Positions 36,051-50,161 are shown, counted from the stretch's first letter. The stretch is DNA of 64,000 nucleotides from Tubiluchus corallicola (GCA_030141605.1 JAQGDQ010000593.1:1-64000), one strand, 5' to 3'. Translations and numbers: made by a program. Notes: generated from the letters alone by a model not told the origin.

Positions 36051-37939
36051 GCCTCTCCGCACGCTGGTTATCCAGTTTAATTCGAGAATGTCTAAAGGCT
36101 AATCCTCGGCAAAATTACAGTTTCACTTTTTCATGAAGCACGAATTAGCAAGGTGCATTTCATCTTAAAGTGAGCATATGTTACTCTTACTGTGAAGCCA
36201 TATTTCTACCGACAAGATTACGTTTTTGGCTGTGGGCAATGAAATAGGTGGGAGAGCTGTTACTGAAATTAAACTTTGCCCACAATTATTAAGCGTGTTA
36301 GCTTTTTCAATCAAATAATAAAAACAATCATTAACAAGTCACGAGGAATTATATTGCAACATCTATACTAGCAGGTACATAGATAACATAATTATCAATA
36401 CTGAAAGAGCACTATACTAAAACACAACGGAATATAGCCTGACTAGCCCACTGGTCTAAATGTTCAAAGCAGACCTGTCGTACACAGCTTAAATACAGAA
36501 AACTAGAACACAATTAATGTAAAAGGTCATTCAGAAGCAAATAAGTACAGTAAGATTAGAGGGAAATTTGAGCTATATCAGTGCTGTAACAAGCCTAAAA
36601 AAGGGAGGGAATGAGATGAAGAAATGAGCAAGAAGACACAATGTAATATTTGAAAGTCAAGTTAATCAACGCGAAGTAATTAAGGCGAACCTCGCGACTT
36701 TGCCCATCCTAACTCTACTAAGTCAGCTACGCATTCCGTTCCATCCCTCTCTCCAATCCCACGGGAAGCCACTCCCGCGAGAGTTGCAGAATGAAGATTG
36801 TTGCACCGTATGTCTTTTTCTTCCATCAACTTATCGCCTATATGATCTTATGCTGAAATTCACTGTCTACATTTCCCGTCGCACAAACAATCTTTGTAAC
36901 TGTTGACTTCTGGGCATTGTTTATGATAGCTCTCCCGCCGCTAGCATCTGATAGCTTTTCTTGTCAATCACGGCATCTTGCAATCTCGCCAAATGTTTAT
37001 CTCAGTCTGGTTACCGTTTGACAGCTCTTTCTAGACGATGCTGTCAAAATTATTGGCTGGGCGGGCGTTTTATTCCACCCAGAGTGTTGTGAAATTTCAA
37101 AAATTCCAGTTTAATTGCCAATAACTTCGCAAAACTTTGCATATTGCGCTTACACGTCAAAATTCTTGGCTGGAGTTTTTTACTGCCTTCGCTTCACCAG
37201 TTTTTGTTTGGTTAAATAACCGATTCGAAATCAGACCCCAAATTCGCTTGGTTGAAACAAGTCTTTCGTTACAGAGTGGAAATGGTGCAGGAACGTATTA
37301 ACGCCCCGAGAGGGTCTCAACTCAAAACTATGAAAAGAATGTGACACCCCCATACGTATAATTCAGAATAAAAATAATACTAAACTGTAATATTAAACTT
37401 CATCTTTTAAAGTGAATGAACAACTTGCAGTAAGGTTTATTTACAGTAAAAATATTAGGGCATCAGTTTTACGTTGCGTAAAAACTTTGATATCGGAGTA
37501 AAAGTACAGAGACAACTTTAAATCAAGATTATAAAGATACAGCCATTCATCGTAACTACATACGAATGGGATGCCAATAAACATAGAGCAGCTTGTTACG
37601 AAAGATTAGCATTATGTATAGTGAACAAAACTTATCTTAGAAAACACAGTTAGTGCCGGCACTTATTTTCATTTCTTAAAAAATGGCGAAATTTGGATGA
37701 GTGAAAAATTCAAATACAAAAATTTACCCCTAATCAGTTTTTTACAGGGCAATTATTGGATTTGAAAGAAGTCTGTTTGGTGCCTTTGTTCTTCTGGGGC
37801 CGTAACTAAGCACGTTCTTATTTTGCTTGATGTTTAATGTAGGATGAAAGTCTTGTAAAGGGAGACAGTACTGCTAGGGAGTGCTTTAATTGTTTCTTTT
37901 TCGACCATTGTGTTGTTCAATCATTAATGCGTTTCATCT

Positions 37940-38086
37940 GTTGTTGTTGGCATTCTTCTGTCTCGGAAGACAATGGAATTCCTAGTATTCCTAGGCGGTC
38001 ACCCATCCAAGCACTAACCAGGTTCTACGTTGCTTAACTTCGGTGATCAGACGAGAACCGGTGTTTTCAACGTGATTTGGCCGTCA
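37940..38086 (-). mobile_element. Short 5S-headed SINE: 5S head joined directly to the 3' tail
   Basis: Near-complete 5S 5' ~105 nt (reverse complement) followed by ccattgtcttccgagacagaagaatgccaacaacaac. It lacks the ~380-bp body. Confidence 0.88.
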
Positions 38087-39503
38087 TCATCTATATATTA
38101 CAACAAAAAGTGCCTCTACTTGTTCGATACAAGCTCTCCCAGATATGTTTCTTTCCTAAACGTAGCTTAGCTCAAATCAAAAAGTTATCTGCTGCCAGAA
38201 TTAAACATTTCTACAAGCAGTAAAAGTTCACATGATTATTATTACAGGTATTTATTTTCGATCCACACAGTATGTATATGTGCCATCATTTCCACAAGCA
38301 GTAAAGGTTCATATAATTATTATTACAGGTATTTATTTTCGATCCACACAGTATGTATACGTCATTGTGATTGCCAATGTAAAAAAGGATTAGCACATCA
38401 ACGGAAAAAAGTAAATAAGTGGCAACAGGGTATTAATAAAAACGATATAGAGGTAGCATGTAATTATAAATGATAGCATTTGAGTCATTCTCTACAAAAC
38501 GTGCAAAACAGATGTGAAAAAATCTGCTAAATGACTGGAAAGATGTTCTTAAAATTACTCTGCCCTGTTATTAATAAAGTTCCCTTGTATACAAAAAGGA
38601 TACTGACAGAGCTTAAAACACTTATAAAAATTTACTACGGCCATTTTAAAGTTATCTGAATAATTACTTTTGTCATTACAGTTACAGACATGAGGTGTGC
38701 AATACAACCTATAAACATTAAGCAGTGTCATAAAACAATGGTCTTCTAAAATATATTTTTGTCCCTTGCTATAAATATCTGGTCAAATTTTTATACAAAT
38801 GCAACCTTTTTATACGTTTATTACATTATATATAATGAGTTAGTTTGCGTTTTTATCAAATTATTTTTATATAAAAGTAAGCCTTCGCAAAAATTATGCA
38901 GTCATGTAACTGGACATACTGACTGATTTACAATTTATATTGCATCAAGTCGTCAAAAGCTGTGGCGTATTATATTAGCTGCTAAGGATACAGAGATTAA
39001 TTTCCTACTGTTAAATAGTCAAGAGCATATAACTGCCTGTAATGAATAGCGTGAAAGCCACCGAGTCCATAAAGCTTCTGACCGTCCACGGAGCAGATAA
39101 AGGGACGGAATTTATTAAGTGTGAAAAGAGACACCTGGCTGGAGTCATTATAGGCCGCCGCGTAACATTAGCTTGTCGTTGAGAAGGGTTTATGCGTGTA
39201 GGAGCAAATTGCTATCAGTTCCATCACAATATGTACACGTTGTAGAGGACTTGAAGAACTCAGGGTGGGCCTGCTTGATTGGCTTGTCAGTGGCATGTAA
39301 ATGGCATACTACCACAACGGGGCTATACCTATAAATTCAGGAGTTGATTACATTCGTTTCATGTTCCACCAGCTGGTTTGAAGCGCCAGAAAGGTGTACT
39401 TTGTTATTTTCGGTGCAGTCGTCGTTGTGGTTACAGTTTAATTAGTCTGCCGTTTGCATTATGCTGGCTTGTAGTGTTTTATGCTTTCCGGTGGGGATTA
39501 CAG

Positions 39504-40008
39504 TTTAATAATGGATACACAATTGAGACCGGCTTAACAACTTTGTCGTATCAGTTAAACAACATAGTTTCTAAAATAACCTCGTAACACGTAGACGTAC
39601 TAAAAAGAATGGACCAACAACGGCGCCTTGAGGAAGACACTGTCTATGAGTTACGTAAAAAAACGTCCCCACATGGAAAAATTCACTAGCTACCCGAGAT
39701 TTAATAATGGATACACAATTGTAATTTCTAAAATAGCTGCGTAATACGTAGACGTACTAAAAAGAATGGACCAACAACAGCACCTTGAGGAAGACACTGT
39801 CTATGAGTTACGTAAAAAAAGTCCCCACAGGGAAAAATTCACTAGGTACCCGGGATTTAATAATGGGTACACAATTGTAATTTCTAAAATAGCTGCGTAA
39901 TACGTAGACGTACTAAAAAGAATGGGCCAATAACGGTGCCTTGAGGAAGACACTATCTATGAGTTACGTAAAAAAGTCCCCACATGGAAAAATTCACTAG
40001 GTACCCGA
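39504..40008. repeat. ~157-bp tandem repeat x3
   Basis: cgtagacgtactaaaaagaatgg recurs at ~39590, 39747 and 39903. Confidence 0.9.
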
Positions 40009-41636
40009 GAACACCTTGCAAGTTATATGAGGAAAAGCTTAAGAGATCACATTTTACTAACTTCCTCTCAAATAAAAAGCCCATAAAAAGTAAAACAATT
40101 TCGTACAGCAGTTTCAACTGGTGTAAACAGTGCAGAATGTAGGTACCGTCTTTACGGTGAACTAGCCTGCATATCACAAACCTCGAAATGTATCCCTTCA
40201 CTGGGATGCCTTCATTCATTCTCAGAAAATGACTCGGACACTTACTAGTGAGTGTCACATTACTGAAAACCTTACAGCTGTAATGCAACGCCTTTGCCTC
40301 TTTACTTTTGCTAAAATTGAACGCTTCGATCGCCGGCCTTTCCCGCATACCATGTACAATAGTGTACTGAACCATTGTCATCTGGATATCTGCCGATAAC
40401 ACAGAAACGGACAGCACAATTAAAATCTCATTTATGCGAGCAAAGTAAGCCGGTTGTCAAGCTTAAAACATGTACTGTTAACACCGAGATTGTTTGCTAA
40501 ACCATCTGCTGACGGTGTAAGCAAATAACGTCTAATACAGTGCCAGTGCTGAGGTAAAATGTTTGAAAATTTGTTAGAACGTTTGTGGGTAGAAAATCTT
40601 CTTATTTATTTATTTATTTATTTACATTTTGTTCGCTAATGTTTGTCTGTTAGTTTCTTCATTCTTTTCTTCTTTCTCGAGTCCTTTTTTGTCATGTCCT
40701 TCTTTTTCCTTCCTCTTTTTTCTTCTTTTATTTATTTGCTCACTTGTTTATTTATCAGTTTTTGACTACCCAGTTTACGTGACTTACTAAATTAATAAAT
40801 ATCCAAGCAAAACATCATTGGCATCCTAGATTTACAGTCAAATTTCAAGCCAATTTGTCTTTAAGGCAAAAAATAATCAAAACTTCTAACTGGACAGGTA
40901 AATGATGTAGTAATTCGTCTGGGATGTTCATACCATTATTCGAATCTTATTTGCAGATATTAATTAAAACTTCATTTTCCCAGACCTTCGTTTTTTTACG
41001 CTACTGACCAGTGGGCCTCCAACACTGGCCCTATTTTACATTGATGGTTGTGGAAGGACCGGAATCTAGTTCACTGTGAAAAAAGATAATCTTTTGAGAT
41101 GGTTAATAATCAGCTGAAGAAGGATCAGCAGCAGTGTCATTGCCACGTTTTGAATGTGCATACCTTTCTCAGCAAGAGAAAGAGATGGCGATAACAACGA
41201 AAATGCCAGAAGAAGCAGGCTGTCTGAACTCTCGACAGTCATTCATCCATTCACTGACTAGAGTCAGCATTGCTCAAAGTTCTTCTGTCACCTAGCACTC
41301 GAAGCCATTTCGCTCGCCTGTATTAATTAATTATTTAATAGGGAAGTAGTTTATGCTTCAAGAAATGTGAGGTAAATAAGAACATTCGGGCCTGGTTAGT
41401 AACTATGTGGATGACTGGTACGACTTTTGCACTGACGATTTGTCGCATCGGAGAACATTCGCTAATCTGAATGTGGGAGAGCTATAACTCATCTGTCGAA
41501 CCAAGGTCTCATCTTTAACGGTTATCTTTGACCTTGGCAATGAGGCGACAGGTTCTGGTCCTTCTGCGAACATCCAAAGTGCCCCTTGCCGTTCACTTGA
41601 ACACCGGCTTGCAAAACGGCGAATGGGACTCTTCTC

Positions 41637-41937
41637 GCCTGCTTCCCGCCACACATTTTTTTGCAGACAGCATCGTGTAGCTCCCCCTACCTTGGCCTGC
41701 TTCCGCCACACATTTTTCACAGATACACATTGTGTAACGTTGTTTAGCTCCCCCTACCTTGGCCTGCCTCCGCCACACATTTGTCACAGATACACATTGC
41801 GTAACATTGTGTAGCTCCCCCTACCTTGGCCTGCTTCCGCCACACATTTTTCACAGATGCACATCGTGTAGCTCCCCCTACCTTGGCCTGCCTCCGCCAC
41901 ACATTTTTCACAGATACACATTGCGTAACGTTGTTTA
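41637..41937. repeat. 57-67-bp minisatellite x5
   Basis: tagctccccctaccttggcctgc.tccgccacacattt repeated. Confidence 0.92.
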
Positions 41938-42559
41938 GGATGAGTTTTGACGAGTCGTGAATTACAGTTTATTACCCTAATGTATAATCTTGCGTCTCAG
42001 ATATTAAAAGCCAATGGCGCTTACGCAACGACGTAAAACACGTATATTGGCTGTTGTTCACTTTAATAGGCAACGTAATGTAATTTCCCCATCCGCAAGG
42101 GTTAAGTATAATATAGGTTTTCCATCTATATAGCGTGTAGTGCGTTGTAAAATCAACACTTCCTTTCTGTGAACAGATAATTTCTTATGTCGGTTATGCT
42201 ACTAACTTCGTGTTTGTGAATAGCTAATTTCAAAAGTCTCTTTTGCTACTAACTTTATAATAGAGGTTTCTAAATTTCACCTGGTGTTGATTAAAATTGA
42301 CAATTTTGCTTTGATTTATTTAGATTTTTCTTGTAAACGTGCAAACTTTTATGGGGTTACTTGTTGTACTTCTTTTACTTGATAAATTTTATTTCTATTC
42401 TACTAGTTCTTCCGTGGAGTATTATCTTAGTAAACGTATATTCAAAATTTGAAAATCCGCAATTTATATTATTTTAATAAACGGCCCGAGAACGAATCCT
42501 TGTCGTGTAGACGTAGTATAAACCTGTCTGTCCTTTGGCTTTGCTGCAAACTGTAAAAT

Positions 42560-44090
42560 TTGTTTAATTTCGTAATGTTTTGTCATGTTACGTAATGTTA
42601 CAATGCAAATTCAAAATAACATTACTCAATCCGTAAATAACTTCAGGACATCATAACAAATTTTAAACGTGTGTTCGTTTTCTAATACACAAACAATATA
42701 AGAACATTTACGTTCGTGAACTCATTTCTAAGATTTTTCGTTTTTGGAGCAAGTGGTTAAAACATGCTCTTCAGTTTGGACAGCACCACATTCACACAGT
42801 CTGTTTTCCACCGGTTGGCGACTCCATGGACAGCACCTCATTCACACAGTCTGTTTTCCACCGGTTGGCGACTCCATGGACAGCACCACATTCACACAGT
42901 CTGTTTTCCACGGTTTAGCGACTCCATGGACAGCACCACATTCACACAGTCTGTTTTCCACGGTTTAGCGACTCCATGGACAGCACCACATTCACACAGT
43001 CTGTTTTCCACCGGTTGGCTTCTCCATGGACAGCACCACATTCACACAGTCTGTTTTCCACCGGTTGGCGACTCCACGGACAGCACCACATTCACACAGT
43101 CTGTTTTCCACCGGTTGGCGACTCCATGGACAGCACCACATTCACACAGTCTGTTTTCCACGGTTTAGCGACTCCATGGACAGCACCACATTCACACAGT
43201 CTGTTTTCCACCGGTTGGCAACTCCATGGACAGCACCACATTCACACAGTCTGTTTTCCACTGGTTGGCGACTCCATGGACAGCACCACATTCACACAGT
43301 CTGTTTTCCACCGGTTGGCGACTCCATGGACAGCACCACATTCACACAGTCTGTTTTCCACCGGTTGGCGACTCCATGGACAGCACCACATTCACACAGT
43401 CTGTTTTCCACCGGTTGGCGACTCCATGGACAGCACCACATTCACACAGTCTGTTTTCCACCGGTTGGCGACTCCATAGACAGCACCACATTCACACCGC
43501 CTGTTTTCCACCGGTTGGCAACTCCATGGACAGCACCACATTCACACAGTCTGTTTTCCACCGGTTGGCGACTCCATGGACAGCACCACATTCACACAGT
43601 CTGTTTTCCACCGGTTAGCGACTCCATGGACAGCACCACATTCACACAGTCTGTTTTCCACTGGTTGGCGACTCCATGGACAGCACCACATTCACACAGT
43701 CTGTTTTCCACCGGTTGGCGACTCCATGGACAGCACCACATTCACACAGTCTGTTTCCACCGGTTAGCGACTCCATAGACAGCACCACATTCACACAGTC
43801 TGTTTTCCGCCAGTTGGCCACTCCATAGACAGCACCACATTCACACCGTCTGTTTTCCACCGGTTGGCGACTCCATCTAACTGTCTTATGGACAGCACCA
43901 CATTCACACAGTCTGTTTTCCACCAGTTGGCCACTCCATCTACCTGTCTCAATTTTCAATCTACGAGACGGGAATCTCAATTCTAGCAAAAGCTATGGGA
44001 AACTTTTCGACATCATTGCTTGGAATCACAGCTGGTTTTAGGAAATGATTTAATTGTTAATACGTCATCCTCCTTGATTCATTTACATTG
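42560..44090 (-). mobile_element. LINE ORF2 C-terminal remnant (RTEX-like CCHC zinc knuckle) interrupted by a 50-bp array
   Basis: Translates as RRLKIETGRWSGQLVENRLCECGAV-[array]-QTEEHVLTTC...KICYDVLKLFTD* (stop ~42626). Confidence 0.78.
42778..43938. repeat. 50-bp minisatellite (GACAGCACCACATTCACACAGTCTGTTTTCCACCGGTTGGCGACTCCATG)n
   Basis: About 23 units. Source of the seven overlapping ORFs here. Confidence 0.97.
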
Positions 44091-44519
44091 AACCATAGAT
44101 TTTTTAGTAACTTTGGGTTTGTCGTTGTTGTTTTTTATTATTTTGTGAGGTCAGTAACTCTTTACCCTTCCGTATCACGCTGTGTCAGCGCTCCGAGAAT
44201 GTCTATAAAAAATAATAAATTTATGTGCCAATTTAATATAATAAACTTAGATGCTCTCCGCTATTATTTGTTACACCTAAAATCAAGGCATGTCTCCGTG
44301 GTGTGAGCTATTTTCCAAGAATTGCCACCGCTCAGACAATTAGTTTGTTTTATATGGCAGGCGTATCATAGCAAGGTGTAATATGGTATGATAAATATTA
44401 ACAACATGGTGTTTGCGAATGTACAGGATGCCTCAAAAAATCATCACTGTAATTTACAAGTTCAGTCAAACTCATTAGTCTTTGTGCTAATTAAAGCGTG
44501 GCTTATTAAAAACAAAGTG

Positions 44520-44670
44520 GATGTGTTTGTTTTTTCTTTGTTTGTTTATTTGTCTATTTGTTTGTTTGCTTGTCTGTATGCTTCTTTGTTTATTTGTATG
44601 TTTGGTTGGTTGGTTGGTTGGCTGGCGGGTTGGCTGGTTGGTTGGCTGTTTTGTTGCTGGGTGGATTAGT
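44520..44670. repeat. Degenerate (GTTT/GGTT)n tetranucleotide repeat
   Basis: Seen directly. Confidence 0.85.
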
Positions 44671-46034
44671 TAATTAAATGTTTAACTATTTCTTTATTAT
44701 TTATTTTTTTATTTATTCACTGTATAGACTTTGTTTATTTATACATGTATTTGTTTTGTTTTATTTTACTTTTAAGTCATTAAGATTCTTCGTTTGTCAG
44801 TCTGTTCTTTTCTGATAATATCTACATCAAATAACTTGTTCGTTTGTGATGCAAATGCTGTGTCTTCCATATTTTTAAACAGGCATTTCATATGAAAAGT
44901 TTAGTGAACTTATTCCTGTACTTGCAGGTTTACATGGTGTTCACAATGTTATAATCCTGTAGAATATTTTTTTAATTTAGAAAAAACTTCTTCTTTTTAT
45001 AAGACGTAAATATCATTTTGCTGCTTCTTGAGATATTTATACATTTACATCTTAAGCTAGCAGGTGGTCACCACATTGTATTGCTTAAGCTTTCATGTAT
45101 CAGGGAAACAAGTTCTATGTCAAAATTGAATTTATTGCTGACCGGTTTCAAACGAAACTGTTCATTATCAAGGCATCTAAAGCAAAGAAATTCGTCGGAA
45201 TTTAGATACAACTTCGAAATACAATTCAGTAGTTAATAGCCAAAAGATATATTATATAACATTAAATACATAATTTAACAATTCACCTTACAGACTACAT
45301 ATTTTGATAGGTATGATATTTGCCAAATATGGATAATTCTAATCTAGCCTCTTTTGGTGCCATCCCCTGCAGAATAGTGCTCCCTCTACGTAGAACCGCC
45401 CTCCACAATCGTACAGTTCACAAACAATAAAATTAATATTAGTTTTATTGTATGTCTATTTGTTTATGATGACTGGCTGCAGCTGTAACATTGAAATGTT
45501 TTCTGGATCTCCACACGTGGCACTGCTTGTCAAACTTTGCTCAACAATGTGGGTGAACCGATGCTTACAACTCTTTGTCTTTGCCACCTCCCCCCGTGAA
45601 TACTGAACAGTCTGGATATCTATGACCGCCGTGTTCTTGCTGCACGGTGCATCGTCATGCGTGTACTTATAAATTAATAATAATTACGGTTTATAGTCGG
45701 TCTCCATAAATATTATTCCTTTGCCACAGTTTTATAGGTGATGAGTTGGCGCCAACAGTATCCGTTCTCTCTCTCTATTATAAATCGCATTGTTGTTTCT
45801 TTGTCACTTCGCGGTGGCGATTTTCCTGTATCTATGAGCTGCGAGAATGTTTACTAAGTTTTATAGACACGGACAACACCTGGTTTTATATGACGTAATT
45901 AATTGCCATGCACAAGAATAACTTCATATATACAAGATGTCAACACACGATAGATTCGCTAAATTTGTTTTGTAAACACTTGTAGATATACTTATATACT
46001 ATGTATTATATAATATATAGTATATACTATATGT

Positions 46035-46510
46035 ATAATCTTTATTTGCCATTAAAATACATTGATAATCACTGATAAAAACTTTACAGAGATGATCAAT
46101 CAGTGTTAGTTAATAAAAACTTACACTGCTGAAGGCAAATGCGTCAGTGCAATCTAAACTACTGTGCAGTAATGGAAAGTAACGACGAATAAAATCAAAC
46201 GTATTTACAACTATGCACAAAAAATGAAAAATTATGATTTAATTAATATGGCCGTGGATATACGAATTCTGAATTAGTGTGTATGTTGTTTTACTGGTGT
46301 GATGGTATTTCATATCTGGTTAATATTAGTGATTTTAATTTTGTTTTAAATGCTGATAGGGACTTGATTTCTTTAACCTGTGATGATAGATGATTCCAAA
46401 GTAGAATTCCACTTAATCTGATTAATTTTCTCATTTTAAACTCATTACTAATTTTATTTCTCTGTAAATATAACTGTGGATATGTTTCATGCATTGTGGT
46501 TGTATTTATA
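46035..46510 (-). mobile_element. CR1/L2-group LINE 3' remnant
   Basis: IRLSGILLWNHLSSQVKEIKSLSAFKTKLKSLIL is the typical ORF2 terminus (LWNxLP...S...FKxKLK). AATAAA near 46042. Confidence 0.75.
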
Positions 46511-46740
46511 AGTTGTTAACTTTCTAATCCAAGTCAATTAACTACGTTTAAACTCAACCACCCGTTGGTTAATTCACTTGCCATTAAAGCTGCGAATGAC
46601 AGCAGTGCCACATATTAAAATAGATCTTGTTTTGTTGAGAAATTAAATGCTTCGTCTCGTGGTTAACAGTGGGTTTGTCACGTTCGTGGATGTTTGTCTA
46701 TAGAAGGATAATCGTTTTCGACATCCTGTATTTCCCAAGT

Positions 46741-46995
46741 TTTTGAATATTTCTTTTTATATTCCATTACTTTTGTTACTGTAGCAGCTTTTTCAAAGTT
46801 GATCTACAAAACCTTGACTCAAATCGTTTGAATATTTCTTTTCATATTCCAATACCCTTGTTACTGTTACAGTTTTTTCAAAATTGATCTACAAAACCTT
46901 TACCCAAATCGTTTGAATATTTCTTTTCGTATTCCACTAGTTTTGTTACTGTAGCAGCTTTTTCAAAATTGATGTACAAAAACCTTGACTCAAAT
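46741..46995. repeat. 85-bp tandem repeat x3
   Basis: tttgaatatttcttt recurs at 46742, 46827 and 46912. Confidence 0.9.
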
Positions 46996-48025
46996 AGGAC
47001 CAGTTGTTTCGGTAATTTCTCAAAGAGTTAACCAAATTTAGTCTTAATTTATGATTATATTTTGCGTTTGTTTTATAATTTCGCGTTTACCTGCGATTTC
47101 CCCCTACGAAGGACTGGCAGTGTTTTATTAAAACGAATTCGCTCTGTTGTAATCAAAATATACTGGAGTTTTACCTGGCATTTTATGTACTATAACGCAC
47201 CTTTGCCAAACTAATAAACGATTTATGAACTCGTTACGGCTTAGAAAGGTAAATGCTGATTCGTGTGGTATGTTTGCTTAAAACGGATTAATTTCATTTG
47301 GCGCTGCGTAAAAAATCCGACTTTATGGGAGAAAATAAACGAGATGTAAAGAGTTGACAAGGTAAAAAGTGTTAACAGGAGAATTCAACAGCTTGACACG
47401 AGTCAGAAAAAACGTGATCCTCCTTACTGGGCTCCTTACTTATTCCTATAATTAATAGGAATAAACTCATTTTATTCTTACATACTATAAAATATGTAAA
47501 TGATGGCCATATAATATATACAGAAAACAGAAAGGGTGCTAATATACCGCCTTGTCAAAGGCCCTTGTTCAAACTCACTCTTACGCATATGACTTTATGG
47601 GTGATGGTGTCAGAGCTCATTCATGGGCATATGACTACCCATGGATGAGCTCTGACGCCATCAAATTTTGACCAAGTCTTATCAACTTAACTAACCGCTT
47701 ATTTCCACACTTTACACCACCTAATATAGCCGTTCAAAGCGAATGCAGAATCTGCTTAAACAAAAGGATATATCCACATCGTTTTTTTACCTTGCGTCAT
47801 TTTATTTTCGTTGTTCTGAAGACGTTTTTCTATTCGACTTTATGATTCTAAGCAAAACACAACCCACAACATTTCGCGCAAATTTTTTAAATCAGTTGAA
47901 CAATGTGAGACCAAAAATGTACGCCGTCTTTCAAAAATCAATGTGAGCAATGATAACGTTCTACTGTGCTGGAGTAGCAGTTGCGTACATATTGGATCTA
48001 GTATCTTACCGTGGGTGAATACTCT

Positions 48026-48345
48026 ATAATAATAATAATAATAATAATCTTTTTATTTACCTTGCAACACACGCACAGTTATAATACAATTAATTTGGAA
48101 ACAAAAATGCGAAGAAAGGGCAGCGAAAGACCAATTGGTCATCTAGTCAGCTGCCCTTTGGTTAGTGATGAACATTTTATAAGCGCTATGCTACAGTGTA
48201 TTAGTGTTAGTACTGCGTATAATAAAGATTTAATTGTCACGAATGGCATTATATTGATATACTTATAACGTGTTAGTACAATTCATACACAGTGATAATA
48301 AGTGCATAATAAAAAAATCAAACTGAAAATAACTGAAATAAAACT
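48026..48345 (-). mobile_element. CR1/L2-type LINE or SINE 3' end with (ATT)n tail
   Basis: Reverse-complement near-copy of 51988-52303, with a GACTAGATGACC-AATT-GGTC stem-loop. Confidence 0.8.
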
Positions 48346-49067
48346 GAAAATAACTGAAATAAGAACTGAAACAAGAACTGAAATAAAAATCTGACAACAG
48401 GAACATAATAACAATGGCAACTGAAATTTACTTTATAACACAAGCATACATCTTAGACATAAACAAGCGAATGTATAATGGAGTCATAATATATCATAAG
48501 AAAGTACATCTCAATCATGCCGCTGTGCTAAGCAATAACTAAACAACGACTGAGAATAAGATTAATAAAGTAAATGTTGAAATTCGGTATCCCACAACAC
48601 GATGAGCAGATTAGCTGACGCTGTGAACTAAGACAAATTTATGCAGTCAAAAACAGCAAGCGTGCAGCATCATAATAGGCTTAGGGACTATCTGCGTTGC
48701 GCACCCTCTTCTGGGAGTAAAAGATCAAAGGCAAACAACTCAATAAAATCTATCAGTAATACAAAACCACGTCATATACGCCGGCGCGAATCCCCTGGTA
48801 AACAATGCAATAATTTCTCCAACTCCTGTTTATAGACAAAAGAGTTAAGAGTTTCTGTTCAGATGCCAGAGGGAAAGAATGGTTTGAATTAAATAGTCAA
48901 ACATTCGAGTCATTTCAATACGTGTTTTTTTTTTATTTCCTCATGGAGAGAATTGGTTTTCGTGAGTTTGAACAAAGGCCTTTGACAAGGAGGTATATTA
49001 GCACCCTTTCTATTTTCTGTATACATTATTTGGCCGTCATTTACATGTTTTATAGTATGTAAGAATA

Positions 49068-49600
49068 TAGGTTTTACACGTCAAAAATTAGACACAGGAA
49101 AGTGTGACTTAGGTAAGTCCAAATGTGACTTAGGTAAGTCAGATGTAGACATAAGAATTTGAAATGTGTTTTGATAACTCAAATGTTTATTTTAAGAATG
49201 TATTGTTTTCTCTAACAGTTCCAATGGTATGTAAAGTTTACAGAATATTAGTGAACCTATATCGTTGTTATTTTAACTTAAGAGCAATTATTAAATTGAA
49301 ATTAAAGAAGATTAAATTTAACATCCTTAAACTTTACCACCTATCCACATTTGAGATACCATTGTCACATTTGACTTACCAAAAGCGCTCAAGATTTGTT
49401 GAAAACCATTGTTAACACATTTGAACTACCTAAGTCTACATTTGAGTTACCAAGACACATTTGAATTACCTAAATCTACATTTGAGTTACCAAGACACAT
49501 TTGAATTACCTAAATCTACATTTGAGTTACCAAGACACATTTGAATTACCCAATTCTACATTTGAGTTAACGCAGGTCTACATTTGACATGTAAAACCTA
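49068..49600. mobile_element. MITE with TA TSD and ~20-bp subterminal repeat arrays
   Basis: TA|TAGGTTTTACACGTCAAA ... TTTGACATGTAAAACCTA|TA, with tandem acatttga(a/g)ttacc units near the right end. Confidence 0.88.
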
Positions 49601-50161
49601 TATAATGAGTTTTTTCCTATTAATTATTTTTAGCTTACGTACGCTGAGCAATTTGTGTACTTTCAAATGCCCATTGTTTCCTTTTTATTATCACCCCAGT
49701 GAAATTGTGACAGTAAAATTTGCAGGTGTGAATAAACTAGGTTTATAATTAAATTTCATTGCAATAAAACCCGGCGCACCTGTGCAACCTTTTGTGGTTA
49801 GAAACAATTTCCAACGCTTCACGTTACACATGATTCCTGCACACGTTGCTTTGGACATGTATACATCTAGACATGTAGGCATTATATACGTATAGACAGG
49901 CATGTAATTATAATGCAGCCAGCATGAGGGTGGACGTGTATTAACGTTTTATTTTTTAAGATGACTCTGATTGTCTTGAGATTTGAAAATTACCCGCTTT
50001 ACCACCAGGCCAGACACGACTTAATTACAAATCTCTGCACTCATTTCTCAGCTTTCAATGTTTTTACAGTCTTGCAACAAATGAACTTGTACGTTTTTTC
50101 CTGCACGGGAACCATACCCTAGATAATTTTGTGAATACTCAAATTTTTGTTTTAGTCTTTT

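Larger units (their letters stand above)
47448..49627. mobile_element. Long-TIR (~130 bp) foldback/MITE hosting two nested insertions
   Basis: 47448-47578 is the reverse complement of 48962-49067 plus 49603-49627. Confidence 0.85.

Noticed and set aside
37982-38086. Functional 5S rRNA gene
   Set aside because: The 3' end of 5S and the T-run terminator are replaced by a SINE tail. Dispersed and shared with two TSD-flanked copies.
42744-43778. Stack of repetitive ORFs and a CRISPR-like appearance
   Set aside because: Contiguous 50-bp units with no unique spacers, no cas genes and a eukaryotic context.
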